DNA of 64,000 nucleotides from an uncultured Bacillota bacterium (GCA_949292985.1 CASFBF010000011.1:81649-145648), one strand, 5' to 3'; shown: positions 9,201 to 17,673, numbered from the stretch's first letter. Notes: a model not told the origin generated them from the sequence alone. A program made the numbers and translations.

Positions 9201-10124
9201 GTGTTTTTGAAAAAATTTAATTTATATTTAACACTTTTTTTATTTTTACTCATATGCTTAATTGCCACTTCTCCACAAAAATATATACAAGCGGGATTAG
9301 ACGGAATTTCCGCTTGGGCGTTCAATGTTTTACCTTGCGTATTGCCATTTATGATTATTTCTCGCTTAATTATTGAACTTGGAGAGGTTGAAAAATTAAC
9401 CAAGCCTTTTTCAAAGCCTTTTAAAGTTTTATATGGGACAAACTCCTCTGCTGGATATGTTTTTTTAATGAGCATTCTTGCGGGCTATCCTGTTGGTTCT
9501 AAAATGACAAGCGAACTTTATGAAAGCGGAAAAATAAATCTTTCAGAGGCTTACCGAATGAGCAGTTTTTGCTCTAATTCAGGACCAATGTTTATCATAG
9601 GCACAGTTGGATGTTTGCTACTTAAAAGTCCTGCCATGGGCGCAATTTTGTTTGTTTCCCATGTTTTAAGCGCCTTAATCAACGGGCTTTTTTACCGAAA
9701 AATAAACGCAAAAAACCAGCCCGAACAGCAAATAAACATAACAAAATCTCAGCCAGCCACTTTTGGCGATGTTGTTCTGATTGCGGTGCAAGGGATTCTA
9801 AGTGTTGGCGCAATTATTTGTTTGTTTTTCATTATAATTGAAGCACTAAGTCCACTATTTTCAATTTTGCCCGAGCTCTTAATTCCGCTTTTTGAAGGAA
9901 TTGTGGAATTAACACGGGGTTGTATAGATGCAAGCAACCTATCCTTATACCCCGCAGCAATAATTTGTAGTTTTTTGATAAGTTTTGGTGGCATATCAAC
10001 AATTTTGCAATCCAAAGCAATGTTAAAAAAACTGAGAATGCCAACTTGGCTGTTCTCAGTTCAAAAACTTTCGCAAGGCATTATTTCTGCCGGTTTAACC
10101 GCAGTTTTAGCACTGGCTATCTAA
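9201..10124 (+). CDS. ylbJ: Nucleoside-recognition-domain membrane protein, YlbJ-like (sporulation integral membrane protein family)
   Basis: 307 aa, polytopic. GLDGISAWAFNVLPCVLPFMIISRLI resembles the YlbJ family. GTG start; the exact start is uncertain. Confidence 0.55.
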   Translation: MFLKKFNLYLTLFLFLLICLIATSPQKYIQAGLDGISAWAFNVLPCVLPFMIISRLIIELGEVEKLTKPFSKPFKVLYGTNSSAGYVFLMSILAGYPVGSKMTSELYESGKINLSEAYRMSSFCSNSGPMFIIGTVGCLLLKSPAMGAILFVSHVLSALINGLFYRKINAKNQPEQQINITKSQPATFGDVVLIAVQGILSVGAIICLFFIIIEALSPLFSILPELLIPLFEGIVELTRGCIDASNLSLYPAAIICSFLISFGGISTILQSKAMLKKLRMPTWLFSVQKLSQGIISAGLTAVLALAI

Positions 10125-10932
10125 ACTGCTCACGATTTATTTGAGTTCTAACAATTTCATCTAATTCACGCATCAAATATTTTAAAGGTTTGATTCCTCT
10201 TGTTGCATATTTTAAACCACATACTATTCCATTTAATAAGTCAAAATCTTGTTCCATACAAGCAATTATAACGCAGTGCAACATGAAGTTCACATCTTCG
10301 GTTTGTTCATTTACCCTTTCCTCGCTTAATCTTTCCACCATTTCAATAGCAGTGTCTTTTGCAAGCACAAAAGTTTTGCAAACATTTTCGGGATCTTTTA
10401 AATAATTTGAACTTCTTTCAATAGGAAAAGGCACAATTTTTAATCGTTGCTCAGGCGTAAGTTCTTCAAGTTTCTCAGGCGTCATTTGCTCTACTTCTTC
10501 CTCTTCGTTTTCAGTTTTAACTTGAAAAGCATCTGCAATTAAATCTCTAAAAGGTTTAATAACGCTGTTCATAAAAGCGCTTGGATCAAGTCTGCCGTTT
10601 TCGTCAGCAAAATATGTGGCAATCAAATCATCAAAACTTATTTTGCCATTACCAATGTCTGCAAGCAAACAAAAAACCAATGCCAAAATCTTATATTCCT
10701 CTTTTGGCATATTAAAAATCTTTTTCCCAGTTGCGTCTTTTGTGAAAGCCTTGTCAAACTCTTTTTCTTTATTAAACTGGTTCATGCATTCAGAAAGCAG
10801 TTCGTAAATGTTTGGTGATATTGCAATAGCCTCCAAAATTTTATCTATCTTTTTATTTGCAAATAAAATTTTAGTGGACATAAGTTCATCACATAATTCT
10901 ATTAAATTTAACGCTTCGTCTATATTTTCCAT
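10117..10932 (-). CDS. Hypothetical protein (acidic, helical, no recognised motif)
   Basis: 271-aa ORF with AGGAAA-type RBS context. Converges on ylbJ with an 8-nt overlap and lies divergent from the DUF4364-like gene. Confidence 0.65.
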   Translation of the reverse strand: MENIDEALNLIELCDELMSTKILFANKKIDKILEAIAISPNIYELLSECMNQFNKEKEFDKAFTKDATGKKIFNMPKEEYKILALVFCLLADIGNGKISFDDLIATYFADENGRLDPSAFMNSVIKPFRDLIADAFQVKTENEEEEVEQMTPEKLEELTPEQRLKIVPFPIERSSNYLKDPENVCKTFVLAKDTAIEMVERLSEERVNEQTEDVNFMLHCVIIACMEQDFDLLNGIVCGLKYATRGIKPLKYLMRELDEIVRTQINREQFR

Positions 10933-11018
10933 AATTTCCTCGAATATATTTTAGCATATATAATAAAAAAAACAATAAAAAATTTGCAATATTATGAAAA
11001 AACTGATATTATTTAGTC

Positions 11019-11579
11019 ATGGAAAATCTGATTTCAAATGAAATAAACAACGAAGAAAAAGTTAGGCTTAAACTCACTTTGCTTTTTTTTATGGAAAAAA
11101 TGGAAATACCGCTAACAAAAAACTCCATTTTAGACATTTGTTCGATTGAAAACGACTGGATAAGTTATATGGATTGTGTATCGATTATATCCGAATTAAA
11201 CGACAGCGGATTTATCTATAAAACTGAAAACGCTGAAAATGATGAACTTTATTCAATAACTTACGCAGGCAGAGATTGTTTAGCGCAACTTTACACCAGA
11301 GTGCCTTACTCGCTTAGAGAAAGAATGACTGAATATGTCAAAACCAACAAACTTTCAGTTAAAACTTCGCAGGAATACACTTCAACATATGTTAAAAATG
11401 AAGACGGCTCTTACACCGTTACACTAAGAATTTATGAACCTATGATTCCATCGCCTATGTTTGAAATTAAAATTAAAGCCCCTTCAAGACAAAGTGCTAT
11501 CGAAGCAGATAAAAAATGGAAGCGTCAAGCCCCAAATGTTTACGAATTCGTTTATGAAAATTTGGTGAACACCGACTAA
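11019..11579 (+). CDS. DUF4364-like protein (predicted winged-helix regulator family)
   Basis: 186 aa. The N-terminal pattern (LKLTLLFFMEKMEIPLTKNSILDI ... LNDSGFIY ... YSITYAGRDCL) resembles clostridial DUF4364 proteins. This recognition is from memory only. Confidence 0.5.
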   Translation: MENLISNEINNEEKVRLKLTLLFFMEKMEIPLTKNSILDICSIENDWISYMDCVSIISELNDSGFIYKTENAENDELYSITYAGRDCLAQLYTRVPYSLRERMTEYVKTNKLSVKTSQEYTSTYVKNEDGSYTVTLRIYEPMIPSPMFEIKIKAPSRQSAIEADKKWKRQAPNVYEFVYENLVNTD

Positions 11580-11667
11580 GGGCGGAAAATAAAATTGCAC
11601 AGCAATTTTGCCATGCCAAAAGGCATGGCATTTTTCAAGCCGTGTGGCTTGAAAAATTTTTCCGCCC
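11580..11667. other. Closed cluster of three hairpins (element A) between convergent genes
   Basis: Outer stem GGGCGGAAAA (11580..11589) pairs with TTTTCCGCCC (11658..11667). It encloses hairpins TTGC-aca-GCAA, GCCATGCC-aaaa-GGCATGGC and TTCAAGCC-gtgt-GGCTTGAA. Confidence 0.4.
11610..11635 (+). terminator. Rho-independent terminator of the DUF4364-like gene (inside element A)
   Basis: GCCATGCC-aaaa-GGCATGGC followed by ATTTTT. Confidence 0.55.
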
Positions 11668-11672
11668 CCCCA

Positions 11673-12110
11673 TTATGACAATTTTTGAATCTCTTCTCTT
11701 GCAATCATATCGCACCTATTGTTAAGTTCGTTGTCAGCATGTCCCTTAACTTTATGCCATGTAATTTGATGTTTTGAACAAACATCTAACAATCTTTTCC
11801 ACAATTCAACATTTTGAACAGGTTTTTTCCCTTTTGTTTTCCAACCACTCATCAACCAATAACTAATCCAATCCTGTAAAAAAGCGTTGACAACATATGC
11901 CGAATCACTGTATATATTAACATTGCAGGACTGATTTAAAGCCTCCAAACCCGAAATTACGCCCATAAGTTCCATACGATTGTTTGTAGTTTCGCTTTCA
12001 CCACCTGAAAGAACTTTTTCATGTCCCCCGCTCTGCAAAATAGCCGCCCAACCACCTTTACCAGGATTGCCTGAGCAGGCACCATCTGTGTATAATGTAA
12101 CCGTTTTCAA
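11673..12110 (-). CDS. rnhA: Ribonuclease HI
   Basis: 145 aa. LYTDGACSGNPGKGGWAAIL, NNRMELMGVI, IYSDSAYVVN and WHKVKGHADNELNNRCD match RNase H catalytic DEDD-region motifs. Confidence 0.92.
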   Translation of the reverse strand: MKTVTLYTDGACSGNPGKGGWAAILQSGGHEKVLSGGESETTNNRMELMGVISGLEALNQSCNVNIYSDSAYVVNAFLQDWISYWLMSGWKTKGKKPVQNVELWKRLLDVCSKHQITWHKVKGHADNELNNRCDMIAREEIQKLS

Positions 12111-12111
12111 A

Positions 12112-12510
12112 TCAGTTTAACCTCAACTTTTTAGCCACTTCTTCAAGCGAAAAATTTTTATCAGGCTTAACCAGTTGAATTTTAACTTCATCACCGCTTC
12201 GCCTTGGGAAAATATGCGCATGCAAATGCTTAACTTCTTGTCCTGCAGCACTTTTACTGTTAATCACAACATTCACACCTTCAAAACCCAAATCTAGATA
12301 ATGGTCTGATATGCGCTTTGTAACATTCATAACTTTATCAAAAGTTTCTTCATCGGAGTCATTTAAATCTGTCACATGTTTTTTAGGAAGAACAAGAGTG
12401 TGCCCTTCAACATCATTGGCAATATCTAACATAGCCAAAACATCATCATCTTCGTAAATTTTATAGCAAGGAATATCACCTTTAATTATTTTGCAAAAAA
12501 TACAATCCAT
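12112..12510 (-). CDS. HIT family nucleotide hydrolase
   Basis: 132 aa. CIFCKI N-terminus and histidine triad HLHAHIFPR. Confidence 0.9.
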   Translation of the reverse strand: MDCIFCKIIKGDIPCYKIYEDDDVLAMLDIANDVEGHTLVLPKKHVTDLNDSDEETFDKVMNVTKRISDHYLDLGFEGVNVVINSKSAAGQEVKHLHAHIFPRRSGDEVKIQLVKPDKNFSLEEVAKKLRLN

Positions 12511-12553
12511 AACTCACCTCATTTTATTTTAACATAAAATTAAATTCTAACAA

Positions 12554-12580
12554 AAGAAAAAAGGCTCTATTCAGCCTTTT
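12554..12580 (-). terminator. Rho-independent terminator after degV
   Basis: Minus-strand AAAGGCT-gaatag-AGCCTTT followed by a T-run. Confidence 0.55.
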
Positions 12581-12584
12581 ATCT

Positions 12585-13442
12585 TTAATTTTCACCATCA
12601 TTAATATATAAAATTCCCAAAGTTCCTTCACCGCAATGGCTTGTAATAACACTGCCAGCATGACATTCTACGACATTGTCAAAAATATTTTTAGACTTAA
12701 CATAATCAACAACTTTATCTACAATTGCTTTATCCATTTTTGTATGGCAAACGATACATAAATCTTTTCTAGGTTTGTCGTATTTTTTCAAAATTGAATC
12801 AACATATTTAATTACAACAGATTTATATGGTCCAACTTCTTTGCCTGTATTTATCAGTTTACCTTCGATAACTTCCAAGCGAGGCTTAATTCTAAGAAAA
12901 GTAGCGACAGAAAATGTGAACTTTGAAACTCTTCCGCCCTTATGCAAATAATCTAATCTATCAACCATGAATGAAGATTGAACATTATCTGCGGCATTTT
13001 TCATATTCTCAACAATTTCTTGTAAAGATGCACCACTTCTATAAGCGCTTGCACCACTTAAAATAACAAGTGAACTTCCAACAGATAAAGCCTTGCTATC
13101 AACAATTATTACTTTATCTTCTCCAATCTCTCTGGCGGCAGAGCAAGCATTTTGATAGCAAGCCGAAAGTTTTGAACCAATGCCGCAATGAATAACAACA
13201 TCACATTTTTTTAAAAGTTTAAGAAAATATTCTTTAAAATCTTCAATGCTTCTTGCGGCAGTTTTAGGCAAGTTGCCAGATTCATTAACATATGAGTAAA
13301 GGTCATCAGGTTGAACATTTACACCATCAAGATATTCGTTTTCGCCCAATGTAACAATAAGTGGAAAAATTGAAACATCAAATTCTTTAATAAATTGCTT
13401 TGGCATATCACATGTTGAATCACTTGAAAATTTTATTATCAT
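12585..13442 (-). CDS. DegV family fatty-acid-binding protein
   Basis: DegV-like sequence (IIKFSSDSTCDMP..., YLHKGGRV). Start moved to ATG 13442, which follows AAGAGGGTG. The 21-codon N-terminal extension in the ORF track has no RBS. Confidence 0.88.
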   Translation of the reverse strand: MIIKFSSDSTCDMPKQFIKEFDVSIFPLIVTLGENEYLDGVNVQPDDLYSYVNESGNLPKTAARSIEDFKEYFLKLLKKCDVVIHCGIGSKLSACYQNACSAAREIGEDKVIIVDSKALSVGSSLVILSGASAYRSGASLQEIVENMKNAADNVQSSFMVDRLDYLHKGGRVSKFTFSVATFLRIKPRLEVIEGKLINTGKEVGPYKSVVIKYVDSILKKYDKPRKDLCIVCHTKMDKAIVDKVVDYVKSKNIFDNVVECHAGSVITSHCGEGTLGILYINDGEN

Positions 13443-13579
13443 AACACCCTCTTTATTAAATTTTACTACTAGATAATTATAGCATATAACTATAAAATAT
13501 ATCAAATTATTTACATAATTTTATAGAAATATCGACATTTCAGATAATAAAAAAATAAAAAAACTGTTTTATAAAAAAA

Positions 13580-13668
13580 TGGCGCAGAGGTCGGGATTCG
13601 AACCCGAGGTGGCTGTTAACCACACACGCTTTCCAAGCGTGCACATTAGACCGCTCTGACACCTCTGC
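13580..13668 (-). tRNA. tRNA-Ser (anticodon GGA), class II with long variable arm, CCA encoded
   Basis: Minus strand GCAGAGGTGTCAGAGCGGTCTAATGTGCACGCTTGGAAAGCGTGTGTGGTTAACAGCCACCTCGGGTTCGAATCCCGACCTCTGCGCCA. It has a 7-bp acceptor stem, anticodon stem CACGC/GCGTG with loop TTGGAAA, T-arm TCGGG-TTCGAAT-CCCGA and a 17-nt variable arm. The D-stem has one U-U mismatch. Confidence 0.85.
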
Positions 13669-13677
13669 ATGCCTTTA

Positions 13678-13706
13678 AATTTAACAAAAACTTAAACTTT
13701 TGTCAA
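13678..13706 (-). promoter_or_regulatory. sigmaA promoter of tRNA-Ser
   Basis: TTGACA (13706..13701), 17 nt spacer, TAAATT (13683..13678), ending 9 nt upstream of the mature tRNA 5' end. Confidence 0.55.
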
Positions 13707-13732
13707 TAAAAAAATGCTTATTAAAGCATTTT
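13706..13732 (-). terminator. Rho-independent terminator after the 136-aa orphan gene
   Basis: AATGCTT-taa-AAGCATT followed by 7 T on the minus strand, directly after the stop codon. Confidence 0.55.
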
Positions 13733-14143
13733 TCATTCACCCAAAACTTGTTTTCTCTCTTTTTTATGAGTTTGCTGTTTTGTATAAGTCAGCATACTTT
13801 CAAAAGCACCTTTAATTGCCAAATCATTTTTTAATGAATCATTTAACAATTCAGATGCACCCTCTCTTTCGCTTTGTCTGTATAAAGCATTAAGTTGAGG
13901 CGTTATAATTGAAGAAATTTTTTCGAAATGATTTTTAGAGATTCGTAGTTCACTATTAAAGCGTTTTGACTCGCTTGAAGGCAATTTTAACTGTTGCTCG
14001 TCAACAACTTGCAACAACTTTTCAACTTCTTTATAATCAGTATACAAACCTAAAAAATCAGATACGTTAAGTTTATATTCTTCAAAATAATTTTCAATAA
14101 AATTTATATCTATCTCAACATGTTCCTTAATTTTATCTTTCAT
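13733..14143 (-). CDS. Hypothetical protein (136 aa, helical, charged)
   Basis: ORF with AAGGAGAAAACAA-ATG RBS, an extended -10 (TGTTAATAT) upstream, and its own terminator. Confidence 0.65.
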   Translation of the reverse strand: MKDKIKEHVEIDINFIENYFEEYKLNVSDFLGLYTDYKEVEKLLQVVDEQQLKLPSSESKRFNSELRISKNHFEKISSIITPQLNALYRQSEREGASELLNDSLKNDLAIKGAFESMLTYTKQQTHKKERKQVLGE

Positions 14144-14206
14144 TTGTTTTCTCCTTATATGTACAATATTAACACATTTTTAATTTATAAACAAACGAAT
14201 TTAAAA

Positions 14207-14602
14207 TTATTCTCTACACATAATTCTTTCTTGTCTTGCCAAAGCGCCATAAGGAAGAAAAGCGTCTTCAATCTCTGATAAAACTTCTTGTTTTTTATCC
14301 ATCACATTCATGTAATACTCATTGGCTTCTGCACTTGCATTATCGCTTAAAATTCTATCCATGTTTTCTTCAATAACTGTGCAATTGCCTTTATATCTTT
14401 TTTTAAACGCTTTCAACTGTGCATATGATTCTTGTGCACTGTATGAGTCATGGATATCAAAGAACGCTTCTTTAACATGTGAATTTAAGTAGTGCCTAAG
14501 CCACTTGCTTTTGTCATTTGTATAATCACAAAACTCCTCAACGGCATCACAATAATTTGCATAAGCAGTGTTTAATTGATCAATTACTTCTTCTGTTCTC
14601 AT
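14207..14602 (-). CDS. Hypothetical protein (131 aa, acidic, helical)
   Basis: ORF with a GGAGG RBS 7 nt upstream and a consensus promoter directly upstream. Confidence 0.65.
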   Translation of the reverse strand: MRTEEVIDQLNTAYANYCDAVEEFCDYTNDKSKWLRHYLNSHVKEAFFDIHDSYSAQESYAQLKAFKKRYKGNCTVIEENMDRILSDNASAEANEYYMNVMDKKQEVLSEIEDAFLPYGALARQERIMCRE

Positions 14603-14621
14603 TTATTATCCTCCGTGAGAC

Positions 14622-14650
14622 ATTGTAACTCAAAAAATTGTTTTTGTCAA
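14622..14650 (-). promoter_or_regulatory. Consensus sigmaA promoter of the 131-aa orphan gene
   Basis: TTGACA (14650..14645, containing the mnmA TGA stop), 17 nt spacer, TACAAT (14627..14622). Confidence 0.6.
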
Positions 14651-15717
14651 TATGCTTCATCAATAACGCCACCGCCATAGCATACACCATTTTCATCATA
14701 CAAAACAACATACTGACCAGGTGTAATTGCCCTTTGTTTTTCAGCAAAATCAACCTTGATATGTGTTTTATCAATTTGCGTTACGCAAACTTTTTGGTCA
14801 GGTTGACGATATCTAAACTTAGCAAAACATTCAAATTTTTGACTCTGTGGTGGCTCTGGGATCCAATTAAACTCACTCGCCAACAATCCATTTGAAAACA
14901 ACTCTTCTTCTTCGCCCTGGGAAACAACCAAGTGATTTTTTTCAAGGTCTTTTTTTATTACAAACCACCTTTCACCATTTCCACCTTTTTTACCACCAAT
15001 GTTTAACCCTCGTCGTTGCCCCAAAGTGTAATACATAAGTCCGTCATGTTTCCCTACTACATTACCTTCTAAATCAACAATTTCGCCAGGCTGAGCGGGC
15101 AAATACCCTTTAAGAAAGTTTTTGAAATTTCTTTCGCCAATAAAACATATGCCTGTTGAATCCTTTTTCTCAGCGGTTGAAAGACCAAGTTCGGCGGCAA
15201 TTTTTCTCACCTGTGGTTTATCAATGTTTTCAAGAGGAAATATTACACTTGAAAGTTGTGCTTGTGAAAGTTGATTTAAAAAATAGGACTGGTCTTTGTT
15301 TAAATCATGTGCTTTGCATAAATAAAATTTACCGTCTTTTTCAATCTTCTTAGCGTAATGACCAGTTGCAATCATATCTGCGCCAAGCGCTTTTGCCTTT
15401 TCTAAAAAAGGCCCAAATTTTATTTCTCGATTGCACAAAACATCAGGGTTAGGTGTTCTGCCCTTTTTGTATTCTTCCAAAAAGTGCTTAAAAACCCTTT
15501 CATAATATTGTTTGGAGTAGTTTACAGAAAAATAAGGAATTCCAATTTTATTGCAAACCCTTTTCACATCTTCAAAATCACTTTCAGCAGTGCATGTGCC
15601 ATCTTGCTCTTCCCAATTCACCATAAATAGCCCAATCACTTCATGCCCTTGCTGTTTTAACAGGTATGCAGCAACAGAACTGTCAACACCACCACTTATG
15701 CCAACAACTACTCTCAT
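14647..15717 (-). CDS. mnmA: tRNA 2-thiouridine(34) synthase MnmA
   Basis: 356 aa. PP-loop [17 protein letters not shown] and MnmA family sequence throughout. Confidence 0.93.
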   Translation of the reverse strand: MRVVVGISGGVDSSVAAYLLKQQGHEVIGLFMVNWEEQDGTCTAESDFEDVKRVCNKIGIPYFSVNYSKQYYERVFKHFLEEYKKGRTPNPDVLCNREIKFGPFLEKAKALGADMIATGHYAKKIEKDGKFYLCKAHDLNKDQSYFLNQLSQAQLSSVIFPLENIDKPQVRKIAAELGLSTAEKKDSTGICFIGERNFKNFLKGYLPAQPGEIVDLEGNVVGKHDGLMYYTLGQRRGLNIGGKKGGNGERWFVIKKDLEKNHLVVSQGEEEELFSNGLLASEFNWIPEPPQSQKFECFAKFRYRQPDQKVCVTQIDKTHIKVDFAEKQRAITPGQYVVLYDENGVCYGGGVIDEAY

Positions 15718-16223
15718 TTATTCCCCTTTCTTAACTCAACTACTTCTGCCTCGTGCTTTGGCAACGAAACTGGAATTTTAAACCTGCCGAAACAAATTCT
15801 CACAATGTCAAAAATCCAACAAATGCCATAAATACCAACAAAGAATGCAAGCACATCCATAAGTGCACCATTTGCCACACTAATAATTGGTCCATTAAAA
15901 ATTACACAAACTGAAAGCAGTATAAAGCCTAAAAGATAAAAAATGCCCCACCACCACCTGCGAGTATAAAAATATTGTGCGCCAAAAAGTCCTAGCAAAG
16001 TGCCATAAACAATAAGTTTCCACCTTTTTAAATCTATTGGTGTTTTTTTCACAAAAACAATTGCATTGCGCTCACCATTTTTGTATCTTTCGGCAGCGGC
16101 TTTGTTAGTTGCATATTCAAGTTTTGAAAAAACCAGCCCACAGTCTGGGCATTTGGTTTGATTTATAAGTGCCTTACCCCCACAACGAGGACATTTTTGT
16201 GTTTGTCTGCCTTTAAAATCCAT
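15714..16223 (-). CDS. Zinc-ribbon / TM2-domain membrane protein
   Basis: 169 aa. N-terminal CPRCGG...CPDCG zinc ribbon, then a TM2-like segment [27 protein letters not shown] overlap with mnmA. Confidence 0.7.
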   Translation of the reverse strand: MDFKGRQTQKCPRCGGKALINQTKCPDCGLVFSKLEYATNKAAAERYKNGERNAIVFVKKTPIDLKRWKLIVYGTLLGLFGAQYFYTRRWWWGIFYLLGFILLSVCVIFNGPIISVANGALMDVLAFFVGIYGICWIFDIVRICFGRFKIPVSLPKHEAEVVELRKGNK

Positions 16224-16229
16224 GTTAAA

Positions 16230-16258
16230 AGTTTACGATAAATTTGCTTGTTTGTCAA
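16230..16258 (-). promoter_or_regulatory. Candidate promoter placing the TM2-gene ATG at the transcript 5' end (leaderless)
   Basis: TTGACA (16258..16253, containing the cyclase TGA stop), 17 nt spacer, TAAACT (16235..16230), 6 nt, then ATG 16223. No Shine-Dalgarno. Confidence 0.4.
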
Positions 16259-17673
16259 GAAATATCAAGTCTATCGCAAGCCTTGTTAAAATAAACATAG
16301 GAAGGTTTGTCATCGCTGACATAACTAAGCACCTCTTTAAATCTTTTTCTTGCGTTATAATAGTCTGCGTTGTTGTAAAGTCTAACACCTTCTTCAAATT
16401 TATTTTTAAGCGCAATTAAGCGCTCTCTTTTTTTTCTTGGATAAACTTCCAAACATTCAAAAATATAACAAGCGTCTTGATTAGGAGCGTTTATAGAACC
16501 AATAAATCTGTATGAGAACTTATATTTCACTGGCATATCATTCAAAGACTGTTTTGTAAAAATTATTTTTGTTCCCATAAACTTATTTATTTCTTCAAGT
16601 TTATTTGAAATATTTCCATCATCACTTATGATTGTTGGGCTCATTCTTGCTTCTTCACCTACAATACCAAAAACCACTTCTTGGGTATGTATGCTAATTC
16701 TGGCATCAATATTAGGCAAATGTTTCTGTGAAAGATTTTTTATTTCAATAGCACGGCTTATCGCTATGGCACAATCCATAGCGCTTTCTGGCCTTGAAAA
16801 TACTGCTAAAATTCCTTCGCCAGTATACTTATCAACAAAACCACCATGTTTTCTAATAATTGGTGAAATTATATTTAAATAAGAATTTAAAAAATTAAAA
16901 TTTTCTTCTAACGACAGTGCCGAAGGCGCATTTGAAGAATTCAAAATATCGCAATATAGAATTGTGGCTTTTTTCCTAACTTGATTACCAAGTTCAAGTT
17001 CAGTGATTGAGTTTTTCCCTAAAAATTTAAGAAACTGCCTAGGAATAAATTTTTGTGCCTCTAAATCAGTTTGCCTAACCATATCCTCTTTATCTAGGTA
17101 GTTATAATTTATTTTTTCCAGCGAAGCCTCAATATTTTGAAATTGCTTAGATTTCCCAAGCCAAATTTTTTGTTCACCTATTCTGCCATCACCAAGTCTT
17201 CTAGTAAATTGCTCTATTTTCTGCACAGGACGGCACACATAAGAATAAATCAAAAACAAAATAACAAAATAAACCAGGGTTAACAAAATTCCCCATAAAA
17301 TCATATTGTAAACATTTTGCGCAGATATATTGAGCACCGAACGAATAGATGCAAAAATCACTCCATCAAAAATAGCACTGCCTGCAATAAAAAACATTCC
17401 AATCCCGTAAATAATGCTAAGTGGCAAAGTAGCAAAAAATATGGTTTTCGAAAGTTTTAAAGTTCTTAAAAATCTTAAATATAAAATGCCACCAAAAATA
17501 TTGTTAATAACCAAAAGTATAAGTCCTATAATGCCCAATGTTTCAAAATTAAAAATAAAGCCAGTCCCAGTTGCAATTATGCCAGAAAAAACATACTGTC
17601 CTAACACAAGCGCTGGAATTAAAGTTAAAATATAAAAAGCAATTAAAACTTTTGTAGATGTCTTCATAACCAT
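16255..17673 (-). CDS. Membrane-anchored class III nucleotidyl cyclase homologue (5-6 TM + HAMP-like linker + cyclase domain + C-terminal TPR-like tail), with atypical catalytic residues
   Basis: 472 aa. FIPRQFLKFLGK...ATILYCDI...VDKYTGEGILAVF...RISIHTQ...TIISDDGNISNKLEE aligns with the cyclase-homology-domain motifs FxDIxGFT, KxxGDxxMAxF, GxHTG and GDxVNxAxRxE. Confidence 0.75.
   Translation of the reverse strand: MVMKTSTKVLIAFYILTLIPALVLGQYVFSGIIATGTGFIFNFETLGIIGLILLVINNIFGGILYLRFLRTLKLSKTIFFATLPLSIIYGIGMFFIAGSAIFDGVIFASIRSVLNISAQNVYNMILWGILLTLVYFVILFLIYSYVCRPVQKIEQFTRRLGDGRIGEQKIWLGKSKQFQNIEASLEKINYNYLDKEDMVRQTDLEAQKFIPRQFLKFLGKNSITELELGNQVRKKATILYCDILNSSNAPSALSLEENFNFLNSYLNIISPIIRKHGGFVDKYTGEGILAVFSRPESAMDCAIAISRAIEIKNLSQKHLPNIDARISIHTQEVVFGIVGEEARMSPTIISDDGNISNKLEEINKFMGTKIIFTKQSLNDMPVKYKFSYRFIGSINAPNQDACYIFECLEVYPRKKRERLIALKNKFEEGVRLYNNADYYNARKRFKEVLSYVSDDKPSYVYFNKACDRLDIS

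Noticed and set aside
9158-9475. A 105-aa minus-strand ORF overlapping the ylbJ-like gene start and the divergent promoter region.
   Set aside because: It is antisense to a membrane-protein gene with a coherent hydrophobic profile. It also spans the promoter region and has no RBS.
11580-11667. Elements A and B read as tRNA-like cloverleaves or known small RNAs (SRP, 6S, tmRNA).
   Set aside because: The loops are only 3-6 nt. There is no GG/TPsiC-type conservation, no anticodon-like 7-nt loop, and no SRP domain IV or other family signature. Only the three-hairpin outline is shared with tRNA.
13443-13505. N-terminal extensions in the ORF track for degV here, and also for rnc (5480..5503), the lipoprotein gene (53545..53682), tyrS (57280..57300), ung (58936..58947), hpf (60155..60169) and acpS (55087..55098).
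   Set aside because: In each case an internal start has a well-spaced GGAG-type RBS, and the extension overlaps a neighbouring gene, a terminator or a promoter. The shorter forms also match family N-termini.
16255-17673. The idea that the cyclase is the signal-generating enzyme of a Pycsar- or CBASS-like anti-phage system.
   Set aside because: No effector with a cyclic-nucleotide-binding, TIR, patatin or endonuclease domain is adjacent. The gene sits in a housekeeping context with mnmA, and the cyclase itself carries the TM and HAMP sensor architecture of ordinary signalling cyclases.
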